Shown: positions 48,462-57,633 of the stretch, piece by piece
How positions within the stretch are numbered: position 1 is the first letter of the stretch
How the letters are laid out: every line of letters begins with the position of its first letter
Assembly (NCBI GenBank): GCA_041576165.1
Contig: JBFGLM010000015.1
Location: 1 to 64,000 of the forward strand
DNA from: Acidimicrobiia bacterium
Lineage (GTDB): Bacteria > Actinomycetota > Acidimicrobiia > Spongiisociales > Spongiisociaceae
Length of the DNA stretch: 64,000 bases
Direction: 5' to 3'
The notes under the pieces: model-generated
What the model was told of the DNA's origin: nothing
Database searches by the model: none
Seen by the model: the letters and a program-made list of their open reading frames with translations, nothing else
Translations under genes and position numbers: made by a program

Positions 48462-49349
48462 TCATCCTCCTCGGCTCAGAATCACGAGTACCGAGCCTCC
48501 GACGACCGCGAGCATGCCGAACAGCACCTGCCGGGTCGGGCGTTCGAATGTAGACCGACCGACCAGCGGAGCTGCGACGACCACGACCGGGGTCGATAGC
48601 TGGAACAGCGTCAGCGCAACGCTGATCTCGATGGCCTCGATCGCCTCCCACTGTGAGGCGATCGCAAGGCCGACAATGGTGCCGCTGGCCAGCACCCAGC
48701 GCAGAACCGATTTCACCGGACCCCCGAACCGGGGCCGCCAGCCGACCTGCACCACCACCCATCCGGCCACCGCGGCGCCCGCCAACCCCAGGGTCACCCC
48801 AAGCAGCGGAGCCGGGAGATCCTCCAGGCCCCGGCGGATCATCACCGGCGTGAAGGCCCAGATGGTCGCCACCAACAGAGCGTGGTACGGAACCCGGCTC
48901 GTGTTGGCAACCTGGCCGGTGGCCGCACCCTCCATGGCGATCAGCGCTACCCCGCCGCTCACGGCCAGCAGACCGATGAGGATGGCCAGCGTCAGCGGTT
49001 CGTCGAGCAGCAGCGCGGCGAGGATGCTCCCGACCAGCGGGCTGGCCGCGACTACCACCCCGGTGCGGGAAGCACCAATGCGTTGCTGACTCAGTCCCAG
49101 CAGCGTCCAGCCGCCCGTGAAGTGGAGGATGCCGGTAGCAACGAAGATCGCCGGCGCAAACCACCCGGCATCGCCCAAGAGCGAAATGTCCTCGAACGTC
49201 AGCCCCAGCGCGGTGGTCAACGCACCGGCGACGATCACGATTGCCAGCGTCGCCCGCGACGCGTCTATCCGGGCCGTCGCCTGACGGAAGAAAGCCTGGT
49301 GGAGGCCAAAGAAGACGCCGGCCAGTGCACCGAATACGACGCCGCTCAT
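48462..49349 (-). CDS. DMT/EamA family transporter
   Basis: About 10 TM segments; IGASRT and LLDEPL motifs. Confidence 0.87.
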   Translation of the reverse strand: MSGVVFGALAGVFFGLHQAFFRQATARIDASRATLAIVIVAGALTTALGLTFEDISLLGDAGWFAPAIFVATGILHFTGGWTLLGLSQQRIGASRTGVVVAASPLVGSILAALLLDEPLTLAILIGLLAVSGGVALIAMEGAATGQVANTSRVPYHALLVATIWAFTPVMIRRGLEDLPAPLLGVTLGLAGAAVAGWVVVQVGWRPRFGGPVKSVLRWVLASGTIVGLAIASQWEAIEAIEISVALTLFQLSTPVVVVAAPLVGRSTFERPTRQVLFGMLAVVGGSVLVILSRGG

Positions 49350-49377
49350 CGCTTGCCATGACCGTCAACCGCCTCCA

Positions 49378-49393
49378 CTGCAAACGATTGTAG
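49378..49393. promoter_or_regulatory. LacI-type operator site 8 (CTGCAAACGATTGTAG)
   Basis: Exact reverse complement of sites 2 and 3. Upstream of DMT-FAD oxidoreductase-dddP. Confidence 0.88.
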
Positions 49394-49482
49394 GCAGCCA
49401 CCTCCCATGGGACGTGACTGCCAGCTTCGCTCGTCAGCCGGTCGATGCACGACACCGCCCACCGGGGCCTCGCCGCCACCCG

Positions 49483-49496
49483 GACAATCGATTGCG
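49483..49496. promoter_or_regulatory. LacI-type operator site 9 (GACAATCGATTGCG)
   Basis: Second site about 104 bp from site 8. Confidence 0.65.
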
Positions 49497-49584
49497 CATT
49501 GGTGGGAGCGTCAACATGACCTCGGTGACTCCGTCCGCGCCGCCTGCCGTGAGACATGTCCGGTCTCACCTGACTCAGACCCAT

Positions 49585-50634
49585 TCAGGTGGTGCCGTCG
49601 GTCAGTTGGGCCGGATCGAACGACTCCAGCAAGAGCGGCTCGTCAGGCTCACTCAGGCCGCCCGGGCCCGCAGTGTGGATCAGCGGCGCCGGTTGCCGGT
49701 TGAGTAGCAGGCGGAACACATCGGGCCGGTTGTAGTGGCCGGCCAGGTCATGGCGAAGTTTCATCCGGACGCCGACGTCGAAATCCATATCGGCGTACAG
49801 AATCAATTGCTCGTTGCCGACAGCAGGTCCGGCGACGACGCGGGTGTCCGGGGCGACGATGCATGAACCACCACCAACGTCAGCGCGTCCGAGGAACGCT
49901 TCGTCCTCCTCCCCCGACGGGATGATGCTGCGAATCCGGTCGTCGACAACGGCCGACGCACTGATCACCCAGGCCTTCGACATCTGGGCGAAGGCACGGG
50001 CCGCAACCAATGAGATCTCAGGCATCGGTAGGGCCGGGGTAGGAAAGTGGTTTGGCCAGGCCATGACGTGCACCCTGGTCGCCTCAGCGGTCAGCGCAAA
50101 GATGGCCAGAGGATTGGAGTTCTCGCCGCACATGAGACCAGAAATCGGCCCCCATGGTGTGGCAAACACTCCGAAGGTTTCAGGACCGCCCGGGCGATGC
50201 ACCAGCCGTTCCCCCACGGTGGGCACGAGCTTCTGGTGCTTGCCGATATACCCGTCGGTGGGACTGAGGAAGACCTGGGTGTTGTACATCGTGCCGAAGG
50301 TGCCGCTCAGCCGCTCGCAAATACCGATGACGACATGCGCGCCGGCCCGGCGGGCGGCGGCCGCCAGCGCGTCTATCTGGGGACCGGGAACTTCGACGGC
50401 GTTCTTGAACAGTTCTAGAGAGAGCCGGGTTGCCTCCCGACTGGTGCCGGGATGGAAGTGGAACCAGATCGGATGGGCCGGGATGAAGCCCTCGGGGAAG
50501 CCGATGATTTGCGCACCTTCAGCACCGGCTTGTTCGATCAGCCCAATCGCCTTGTCGACACTGGCATCGCGATCCAGGAAGACCGGCGCCGCTTGCACAG
50601 CAGCTCCGCGAACAATGGGCGACTCATCCCCCAT
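49585..50634 (-). CDS. Nitrilase / carbon-nitrogen hydrolase
   Basis: Catalytic triad in FPEG, HQKLVPT and MCGEN; GHYNRPDVF. Confidence 0.93.
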   Translation of the reverse strand: MGDESPIVRGAAVQAAPVFLDRDASVDKAIGLIEQAGAEGAQIIGFPEGFIPAHPIWFHFHPGTSREATRLSLELFKNAVEVPGPQIDALAAAARRAGAHVVIGICERLSGTFGTMYNTQVFLSPTDGYIGKHQKLVPTVGERLVHRPGGPETFGVFATPWGPISGLMCGENSNPLAIFALTAEATRVHVMAWPNHFPTPALPMPEISLVAARAFAQMSKAWVISASAVVDDRIRSIIPSGEEDEAFLGRADVGGGSCIVAPDTRVVAGPAVGNEQLILYADMDFDVGVRMKLRHDLAGHYNRPDVFRLLLNRQPAPLIHTAGPGGLSEPDEPLLLESFDPAQLTDGTT

Positions 50635-50682
50635 CGCGGCAACAGATCGGGAGGCGTGAACTCACGCCTCGGGCTCCCAGGT

Positions 50683-51054
50683 TCATATGTCGTCGGTGAT
50701 CCACACCGTCTCGGACGGCGCCGGCACCCACAGTTCATAGAAGGCGAACGGGGCGTCGTGCGGATTCTCGAACGAGTGCACCTCGCCCGCCGCCGCGGTG
50801 AGGACGTCGCCCGCTCCCACTTCGTACTGGTCTCCGTCGACGTGGAAAACGCCATTCCCCTCCGAGACGAACCAGATGTGGCGGGCGCCCACGTGATAGT
50901 GCGGCGCGGCTGTGTCGTATGGCTTGTACCGGATCAGATCCGCCCGCAGGTCGGTGAAGCCGAACATCTCCTCGGTCACGAGGTCAATGCGGTCTCGGCC
51001 ATCCCGGGTCGACCGGTGCCTGGGGAGGTCGTCGTATCGGATCACCCGTTGCAT
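50683..51054 (-). CDS. Cupin domain protein
   Basis: HYH...H and GEVHSFEN motifs. Confidence 0.85.
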   Translation of the reverse strand: MQRVIRYDDLPRHRSTRDGRDRIDLVTEEMFGFTDLRADLIRYKPYDTAAPHYHVGARHIWFVSEGNGVFHVDGDQYEVGAGDVLTAAAGEVHSFENPHDAPFAFYELWVPAPSETVWITDDI

Positions 51055-51085
51055 GCAGGCAACGTACTCCGCCACGTGCCAAGTC

Positions 51086-51099
51086 TGCAAACGATTGCG
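51086..51099. promoter_or_regulatory. LacI-type operator site 10 (TGCAAACGATTGCG)
   Basis: Between the cupin-nitrilase operon and the divergent pseudogene. Confidence 0.85.
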
Positions 51100-51107
51100 G
51101 GTGAGGC

Positions 51108-52074
51108 GTACACACCCATTGCATCCCCGAGGGGTTCGTGCCTGGCTGGAAGCGCACGGGAAAGCTCACCAGATCGGACTGGAGGACACACCCCGGCGAC
51201 AGGGAGCCGTGTTTGGGGACCGCCACACCGAGCCGATGCCGGCCGACGCCACCCCGCTGTAGCGCCGCCTGAGTGAGGTGGACCGCATGGGAATCGACGT
51301 ACAGGTCTTCGCGGGTTGGATCGACCCTCACCGGATGCGAAATCGAGGGAGCGGCAGCCGCCACCTACTCTCGAGCCCACAACGACACTTTGGCGTCCGA
51401 AGTGGCGGAGGCGCCTTCCGGGAGGCCGATGGCAATCGGCAACGTTCCGCTCCAGCATCCGGACCCGGCGGTAAGTGAGCTAGGCCGGTGTATGGACGAG
51501 CTCGGCATGAAGGGGGTCGAGACAGCCAGGTCGGTCCGCGGGCGGGCCCTCGACCAAGCAGATCTCGACCCATTCTGGGAAGCGGTCGCAGATCAAGGCA
51601 TTCATCCTTCTGCACCCCATGACCCGCTCCGCGGCGTCGACCTCGACCGCTATTTCATGTCGAACCTGGGCCGTCCGGCTGAGACGACCGTGGCCCTGGC
51701 CGGCCTGATCCTCTCCGGCGTCTTCGAGCGTCACCCATCGCTCCGGCTGTGCGCGGTGCCCGGCGGCGGCTTCGCTCCGTTTCAGACGGGTCGGCTCGAC
51801 AAATGCGCCACCGTCCGTCCATCGGGTCACATCACCCGCGCACCGTCCGAGGACTTGCGCGACCTGTTCGTGAACACGGTTGTGCACGACCCGATCGCGC
51901 TTTGACTACGTGATCCGCGTAGTTGGCTCGAAGCGTGTGCTGCTCGGTACCGACTACCCGTCCCCGATGGGCGATCAGGACCCAGTCGGTTTCATCCGCT
52001 CCCTTTCCTCCCTGAGCATCGAGGAGCAGGACGACATCCTCGGCAACAACGCCGCCCGGTTGTTCGAGTTGTGA
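51108..52074 (+). pseudogene. Degraded ACMSD-like amidohydrolase/decarboxylase
   Basis: Fragments in shifting frames: VHTHCIP, DRMGIDVQV, VPLQHP...IHP...GGGF and LLGTDYP...GNNAARLF. In-frame TAG at 51260, at least three frameshifts, and no start codon. Confidence 0.85.
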
Positions 52075-52083
52075 AAGCTCTCC

Positions 52084-52126
52084 GCAAAGCTTCGAGACCC
52101 GCACAAGGCGGGTCTCGAAGCTTTGC
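52084..52126. terminator. Hairpin between convergent genes
   Basis: GCAAAGCTTCGAGACCCGC-ACAAG-GCGGGTCTCGAAGCTTTGC, a perfect 19-bp stem. Confidence 0.85.
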
Positions 52127-52141
52127 AGGCCCTGGCGCCGG

Positions 52142-53890
52142 TCAACTGGGGTGGATCTGACCGCGTATCTCGCCCGGCGGGTTCGCCACCGTGTGAACGT
52201 TCACATAGGCGCCTCCCGTCTCGAGCAACTCGAGCAGGTCGGTGAGTTCCATCCCCGCCAGCGGACCAACCAGATCGCCGGCGGTGATCACGCCGCTGGT
52301 CAGCTCGCCATCAACCGTCACCGGTGTCGTTGGCGAAAATAGCGTGACCGCGACCCCACCGTTGACACCCGCCTCCCCCACGTGGATGTGTGCGGCGACC
52401 GCGTCCGCCAGATCATCGACCTCGATTTCGTAGTGGACTTCGGTGCGGTTGCGCTTGACCCGGAATTCGGCCTCGCCTGATGCCTCAGTCGGAACCGGGG
52501 GCACCTCGTTGTCGCCGCTCAGCTCTGCTTCAAACTCCTTGCTGAGCGGAGCTTGCCGAAGCCGCCACACGGTCCCGGTCTCTCCGACTGGAGGGATATT
52601 GTCGCTGGTCATGACGTATAGCTCACCGCGAGCGTCCTGGCCGAAGCCGAACAGGAATGCTCCCAGGTTCTCCTGCCCGCGAATGCGGAGTTCCTTGATC
52701 TGGTTGTCGTCGAGCGTGAACAGGCGGGCGTCCGGGGAAAAGGTCGGGGAGGCGAATTCACCAAACACATAGTCGCCCCGCAACGACTTGATATCGCGGC
52801 CCCGGTAGACGAACCCACCGATCACCGACACGCCCTCATCGTGGTCGTACTCGGCCACGGGATCGATGAGCCCGGCCGGCACACCGGGGTCCTTGTCGGT
52901 GACGAAACCATCATCGTCTTCGTTGGGATCGAAGAAGAAGCTGCCCTCTTTGAGATTCCAGCCGTAGTTGCCGCCGGCCTTGACGATGTCGACTTCCTCG
53001 ATGTCGTTCTGCCCGACGTCGCCCGTCCAGATCTGCCCGGTCCTCGTGTCGACGGACATGCGGAAGGGGTTCCGAAAACCGTACGCAAAGATCTCATCGA
53101 CCGCGTCGGGTACCCCGACGAACGGGTTCCGCTTGGGAATTCCGTATTGGCCGTTGGCCGAGTTCTTCCCGCGGGGATCGATGCGGAGGATCGCTCCCAG
53201 CGGATTGCCGAGGTCCTGCCCGTTGCCGTCCACGCCGTGTCCCGGCCCCTGATCGTCCGCCGCCCCGCCATCGCCGACCGCGATCAGGAGGTTGCCGCGC
53301 TTGTCGAACGCCAGCGCTCCCGCGTTGTGGTTGAACTGGGGCTGGTCGATACGCAGCAGCACCCGGGCGCTGGATGGATCGATCGGTGCGTTGGGATCTT
53401 TCGGGTTGGACGACCGCCACTCCGTTATGACGGACTGGTGATTGGCTGGGACTCCCGGCGGCATGGTCGAGAAGTCGGCCGGCCCATTCACCGGCTCGGA
53501 CGTGTAGGTGTACAGCAGTCCCGTGCGCCGAAACTTGGGGTGAAACGCGATGCCTAGAAGACCGCGCTCATCGAAGGATCCAGGCCCGAACGCCCCCAAT
53601 GGGACGAGCCGGTCCTTCACATCCAGCACGATGGTGGCACCGCCACGCTTGAGGTCGAGCGACCACAGGGTCCCCACCTGGTCGATGACGAACAGTGTGT
53701 TCCTCAGACCCTGGGCGCTGGTCCCCCACAGCGGAGACGTGAGCCCCTCCAAGACCGGCTCCAACGTGACAACAATGTCGGATCGCTCGATTGGTTCCGG
53801 AATCGGATCGGTGAGCGGCGTCTGTGCCGACGCCGGCAATGCCGTCAGCATCAATGCTCCCACGAGCAACAACAAAAGTGATTTGCGCAT
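52142..53890 (-). CDS. Secreted PQQ-dependent glucose/sorbosone dehydrogenase-family protein with C-terminal CHRD domain
   Basis: Signal peptide (ASA), ERGLLGIAFHP, NHNAG, YGFRNP and GDVGQ. CHRD motifs AAHIH and YVNVHT..P.GEIRGQ. Confidence 0.9.
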   Translation of the reverse strand: MRKSLLLLLVGALMLTALPASAQTPLTDPIPEPIERSDIVVTLEPVLEGLTSPLWGTSAQGLRNTLFVIDQVGTLWSLDLKRGGATIVLDVKDRLVPLGAFGPGSFDERGLLGIAFHPKFRRTGLLYTYTSEPVNGPADFSTMPPGVPANHQSVITEWRSSNPKDPNAPIDPSSARVLLRIDQPQFNHNAGALAFDKRGNLLIAVGDGGAADDQGPGHGVDGNGQDLGNPLGAILRIDPRGKNSANGQYGIPKRNPFVGVPDAVDEIFAYGFRNPFRMSVDTRTGQIWTGDVGQNDIEEVDIVKAGGNYGWNLKEGSFFFDPNEDDDGFVTDKDPGVPAGLIDPVAEYDHDEGVSVIGGFVYRGRDIKSLRGDYVFGEFASPTFSPDARLFTLDDNQIKELRIRGQENLGAFLFGFGQDARGELYVMTSDNIPPVGETGTVWRLRQAPLSKEFEAELSGDNEVPPVPTEASGEAEFRVKRNRTEVHYEIEVDDLADAVAAHIHVGEAGVNGGVAVTLFSPTTPVTVDGELTSGVITAGDLVGPLAGMELTDLLELLETGGAYVNVHTVANPPGEIRGQIHPS

Positions 53891-53968
53891 CCCTCCCCCT
53901 CGGCTGGGTTGTAGGGAGGAATACGCAGACAGAGATGCTTTGGTTCTCAAATATGTGGGGTCGAGACC

Positions 53969-54547
53969 TCAGGACTCGACGTCCAACACCGTGAGGGCGG
54001 GGCCGGGGTCGGCGTCCAACGGCTCGAGTGTGATCCACACTCGGGGAAAGTCGCCACGCCGGACGCCGACCCACATTTCGAGATCATCGGCCCGGGTGAA
54101 TGTCCCGGCCGAGATGTGACGATCCTGATTGGTGAACCACAGCTCATAGACATAACCGTCGGGAGCAGGTTCCAGGCCTGACACATCCAGGCGCAACCGG
54201 GTGCCGCCCGGCTGGTTCCACCCGGCCACGACGGCAGATGCAGACGGAGCTTCGGCAGTTGGGATGAGCGCCACCTCCCAATCTGGTCCCGGTTCCCGCA
54301 ACAAGATCACCGCGGCGAGGAGCACGACGAAGCCCAGCACCGCGGCGATGCCCGCAACGACGGACCAGCGCCTGGCCCGCCGCAAGCGAGGGGCAGCATG
54401 AGCGGCGGCCACATCGAAATCGAGGTCAACCGGCTCCTCCCACAACTCACGATCGGACAGCGACACCCCCGATCCCTCCAGCATTTGCTCGACCTCGCGC
54501 CGGGCCGCAGCGAGCTGTTCGTCGTTCACGTCGTATCGATCGGTCAT
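53969..54547 (-). CDS. Anti-sigma factor (RskA-like)
   Basis: Single TM, YELW, SAGTF and ITLEP motifs. Coupled to the ECF sigma gene. Confidence 0.82.
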   Translation of the reverse strand: MTDRYDVNDEQLAAARREVEQMLEGSGVSLSDRELWEEPVDLDFDVAAAHAAPRLRRARRWSVVAGIAAVLGFVVLLAAVILLREPGPDWEVALIPTAEAPSASAVVAGWNQPGGTRLRLDVSGLEPAPDGYVYELWFTNQDRHISAGTFTRADDLEMWVGVRRGDFPRVWITLEPLDADPGPALTVLDVES

Positions 54548-55179
54548 TTGCCCGTTCCAAGCTCGTCGGCGAGCAGATCACGGAGGCGGCCATATGCCCG
54601 GAAAGATCGGGACTTGACCGTCCCCACCGGAATGCCCAGCTTGGTCGCGGCTTCCTCGTGGGTGAGCCCCTCGAAGTGGGTCGCCGCCAGCACTGCCCGT
54701 TCGTCGGCGGGCATCCGCTCCAGCGCCCGTCGGACTTCCAGCACCCGCCAGGCAGTGTCGATCTGGCTCTCTGCGATGGGTTCGTTCGAGTCCAGAGTAT
54801 CGGCAACGTGGCGCCGCTCGCGGCGGTGAATGTCGATCGCCACCCGCCGTACGATCGAAAACAGCCACGGTGCCAGATCGCGGCTCGGGTCGAAGGTACC
54901 AGCCGCCCGCCAGGCTTGGAGCAGCGCTTGCTGGACTGCTTCTTCGGCGAGGTCGCGGCTCCCCAACAGCCGATACGCCGCGCCGAACAGGGGCCGTCCA
55001 AACTCCTCGTAGACACGCCGGACGGCGTCGGCGTCACCTGCTGCAAACCGGCGCCCGAGCGCCCTTTCTGCCATGGACCCCACCCTCATGCTGGCATGAC
55101 CGTCACGTAGCCGGTTCCCGATCGTACATGAGATCTCAAACACCGGAGTGTAAGGCTGGGGCAAAGTCCTCACAGTCAT
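54544..55179 (-). CDS. ECF RNA polymerase sigma factor (SigK-like); start uncertain (55179, 55089 or 55074)
   Basis: AEEAVQ..AWR..FDP, WLFSI and LGIPVGTVKSR motifs. Confidence 0.92.
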   Translation of the reverse strand: MTVRTLPQPYTPVFEISCTIGNRLRDGHASMRVGSMAERALGRRFAAGDADAVRRVYEEFGRPLFGAAYRLLGSRDLAEEAVQQALLQAWRAAGTFDPSRDLAPWLFSIVRRVAIDIHRRERRHVADTLDSNEPIAESQIDTAWRVLEVRRALERMPADERAVLAATHFEGLTHEEAATKLGIPVGTVKSRSFRAYGRLRDLLADELGTGK

Positions 55180-55213
55180 CTCACCCGAAGTACGCAGCAG
55201 TGTCTCCGATTAG

Positions 55214-55239
55214 TTCGGACGTTCTGCAGCGTGTGATCA
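55214..55239 (-). promoter_or_regulatory. Candidate ECF autoregulatory promoter TGATC-N16-CCGAA
   Basis: Resembles SigK-type GATC/CGAA promoters and lies just upstream of the sigma gene. Confidence 0.4.
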
Positions 55240-56133
55240 ATCAAATATCTCGTCGACGATCTCCTCGACGATGTGCGCCCATGTCGGCTTGCGGCTGCCG
55301 CGTTCGCGGCGGTCGGCGTTCCGGCGGACAACGTGCGGGTGCACGATGCCGTCCAACGCCCGGTTGATACCGTCTTTCGTTCGGGAAATGCGGCTGCGGG
55401 CGTATGCCCCGGCTGCCAGAATCGCCCCGCCCAGAGCGGGCAGAAACCCGGTGAGAAACTCAACGACGTCGGGTGCAAACGTGCCGGCAGCCGCGACGGC
55501 CGCCCCGATCGCAACCGCCCCGAATGCCGTGGCCGCGCCAACGCCGGCAGATTCGGCCTTGACCTTGGAGGTATCGGCCTCGATCTCAATCAACTGCTCA
55601 TCGTGGCCGACCTCGGTCTGGCGGGTCGTGACCTGCGGCCAGGTGCGGAGCGCTCCGGTCCCCTGCGCCCGCTTGAAGCCACGGCGAAGGGCCGAGCCGA
55701 TGCCCGGATCCCGCTCCCACCGTACGGCCCGGCGGTTCTTGGCGCGGGGTCGCATTCCCTCATGCCGCCGCATCCACTCTTCGACCTGGCGATCGAGATC
55801 CTCCGATGCCGATTTCGTGACCAGACCGCCCGTGACGCGATCAGGCCCGAGCAGGCGGTCGAGAAGCCCGTCGTCGTCGTGGCGCTCGGTCTGCAATTCG
55901 TCTAGCAGGGCGCGCCGGATCATCTCCGGGCCGATCCCCAGTTCACCGGCTATCTGTTCGACGGTGGCGACATCGATCGTGCCGCCTTCGAACTCTTGAT
56001 CATGATGTAGTTCGATTGCCCGGCGTATGACGTTTTCGGCCAGCGGGAGGCTCAGGCGGTCGAGGCGATCGGCCAGGCGCTCCGGTCGGCTGACGTTTGC
56101 TGATTCCTGCCGGCGGCGGCGCTGTTCCTGCAC
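55237..56133 (-). CDS. Hypothetical membrane protein
   Basis: N-terminal VIRRAIEL...IAGELGI...RRAL and two C-terminal TM segments. Confidence 0.7.
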   Translation of the reverse strand: MQEQRRRRQESANVSRPERLADRLDRLSLPLAENVIRRAIELHHDQEFEGGTIDVATVEQIAGELGIGPEMIRRALLDELQTERHDDDGLLDRLLGPDRVTGGLVTKSASEDLDRQVEEWMRRHEGMRPRAKNRRAVRWERDPGIGSALRRGFKRAQGTGALRTWPQVTTRQTEVGHDEQLIEIEADTSKVKAESAGVGAATAFGAVAIGAAVAAAGTFAPDVVEFLTGFLPALGGAILAAGAYARSRISRTKDGINRALDGIVHPHVVRRNADRRERGSRKPTWAHIVEEIVDEIFD

Positions 56134-56161
56134 GGCACCAGTATCGCACGGGTGGTGTCAC

Positions 56162-57346
56162 TCACATCACTGCGGCTACGCGATCGGCGATCGACCGGCC
56201 TATGGCCAACGATGCCGTCGCTGCCGGCGACGGGGCGTTGAGAACATGGACGGCCCGTTCGGTTTCGATGATGGCGAAGTCGTCCACCAGCTGACCGTCC
56301 GGCGTGACGGCCTGGGCCCGCACCCCGGCGCCACCGGGTTCGAGGTGCTCGGCCCGGATGTCGGGTACCAGCGCCCGGGCGCTACGGGCGTAGTTGCGCC
56401 GCCACATCGAACGCCAGAGCTCGACAGCCCCGGTCCACCAGTAGCGCCGAGCCAGCCGTCGAAACCCGGGGTACCGCAGCACCGTCCGCACGTCCTGCCA
56501 GTTGGCGCGCTTGCCGCGATAGTGCTCGCGACCCAGTGCCAGCACCGCGTTGGGGCCCACCTCGACCGATCCATCGATCCGGCGAGTGAAATGCACCCCG
56601 AGGAACGGGAATCGGGGATCCGGCACCGGGTAGATCAACGCCCGCACCAGGTAGTCGGCGCCGGGTCTGAGCTTGTAATACTCGCCCCGGAACGGCACGA
56701 CGGCGAGCGGCAATTCGGCGCCGGCCAGCTGGGCGACCCGGTCCGAGTGGAGCCCCGCGCAGTTCACCAGAAATCGAGCCCGGAGCTGGCGGGTCTCCGT
56801 CATGACGTCAACTGCATCTGTCCCGGCCTCGATGGCCACAACCGGCGAGCCGAGGAACAGATCGCCGTCGATCTGGCGCTCGAGGGCCTCAGCCACCTCG
56901 AAGAAGTCAACGACGCCGGCCTCGGGTACCTGCAGCGCTGCGACGCCGGTGGCGTAGGGCTCGAACTCCGCAATCTCGTCCCTCGTGAGCACCCGCAGGT
57001 CCCGCAACCCGTTTTCCTTACCGCGGCGGTGCAGTTCGTGCATGGCCTCGAGCTCCGATTCGCGGGTGGCGATCACCAGCTTGCCGGATCGCTTCAATGC
57101 AATACCGGCGTCCCGTGCGAAATCTGTCAGCTCGCGCTGGCCCTCGACACACAGCTTGGCTTTCAGCGATCCCGGCCGGTAGTACAACCCGGAGTGCACC
57201 ACGCCGGAGTTGTGGCTGGTCTGGTGGGAACCGACCATCGGCTCCTTGTCGACAACGACCACGCCTGAACCCGGGAAACGCTCGTTCAGCGCCCGCGCAG
57301 TGGCCAGGCCGACGATGCCTGCCCCGATGACACAGAAGTCGTACAC
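56162..57346 (-). CDS. lhgO: L-2-hydroxyglutarate oxidase
   Basis: GAGIVG, HNSGVVHSGLYY.PGSLKA, PFLGVHFT, GVRAQA and NAPSPAATASL motifs. Confidence 0.93.
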   Translation of the reverse strand: MYDFCVIGAGIVGLATARALNERFPGSGVVVVDKEPMVGSHQTSHNSGVVHSGLYYRPGSLKAKLCVEGQRELTDFARDAGIALKRSGKLVIATRESELEAMHELHRRGKENGLRDLRVLTRDEIAEFEPYATGVAALQVPEAGVVDFFEVAEALERQIDGDLFLGSPVVAIEAGTDAVDVMTETRQLRARFLVNCAGLHSDRVAQLAGAELPLAVVPFRGEYYKLRPGADYLVRALIYPVPDPRFPFLGVHFTRRIDGSVEVGPNAVLALGREHYRGKRANWQDVRTVLRYPGFRRLARRYWWTGAVELWRSMWRRNYARSARALVPDIRAEHLEPGGAGVRAQAVTPDGQLVDDFAIIETERAVHVLNAPSPAATASLAIGRSIADRVAAVM

Positions 57347-57419
57347 AGCGGCACGTTAGCCGCACTGCGCCCGGCCGACGCGGCTCGTCACGTGTTGCGG
57401 GAGGAGACCGTTTCCGCGA

Positions 57420-57620
57420 TTTCCTCCGCCGGAGGGGGAGGTGTCCCGAAGGGGGCGGAGGGGCGTCGGCTTGCCATGCAAAGAGGGCGCGTACCCTCCG
57501 CTCGGTCGAGGATGACACCGAGAAGGGCACCCCGTCGCGCCGGACCGCGCTCCCCCCTCCGGGGTCGGCTCCGGACGTCGCCTCAGCCCCCCACTGGGGA
57601 ACCGGCGCCGCGGGAGGAAA
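57420..57620. repeat. REP/MITE-like GC-rich inverted element
   Basis: Left TTTCCTCC...GGGGGAGGTGTCCCGAAGGGGGCGGAGGGG; right CCCCTCC...GGAGGAAA; internal small hairpins. Confidence 0.5.
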
Positions 57621-57633
57621 CCCTGCTGGGCCG

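Noticed and set aside
51260-51262. In-frame TAG as pyrrolysine or read-through
   Set aside because: The same gene has several frameshifts and no start codon, so decay explains it.
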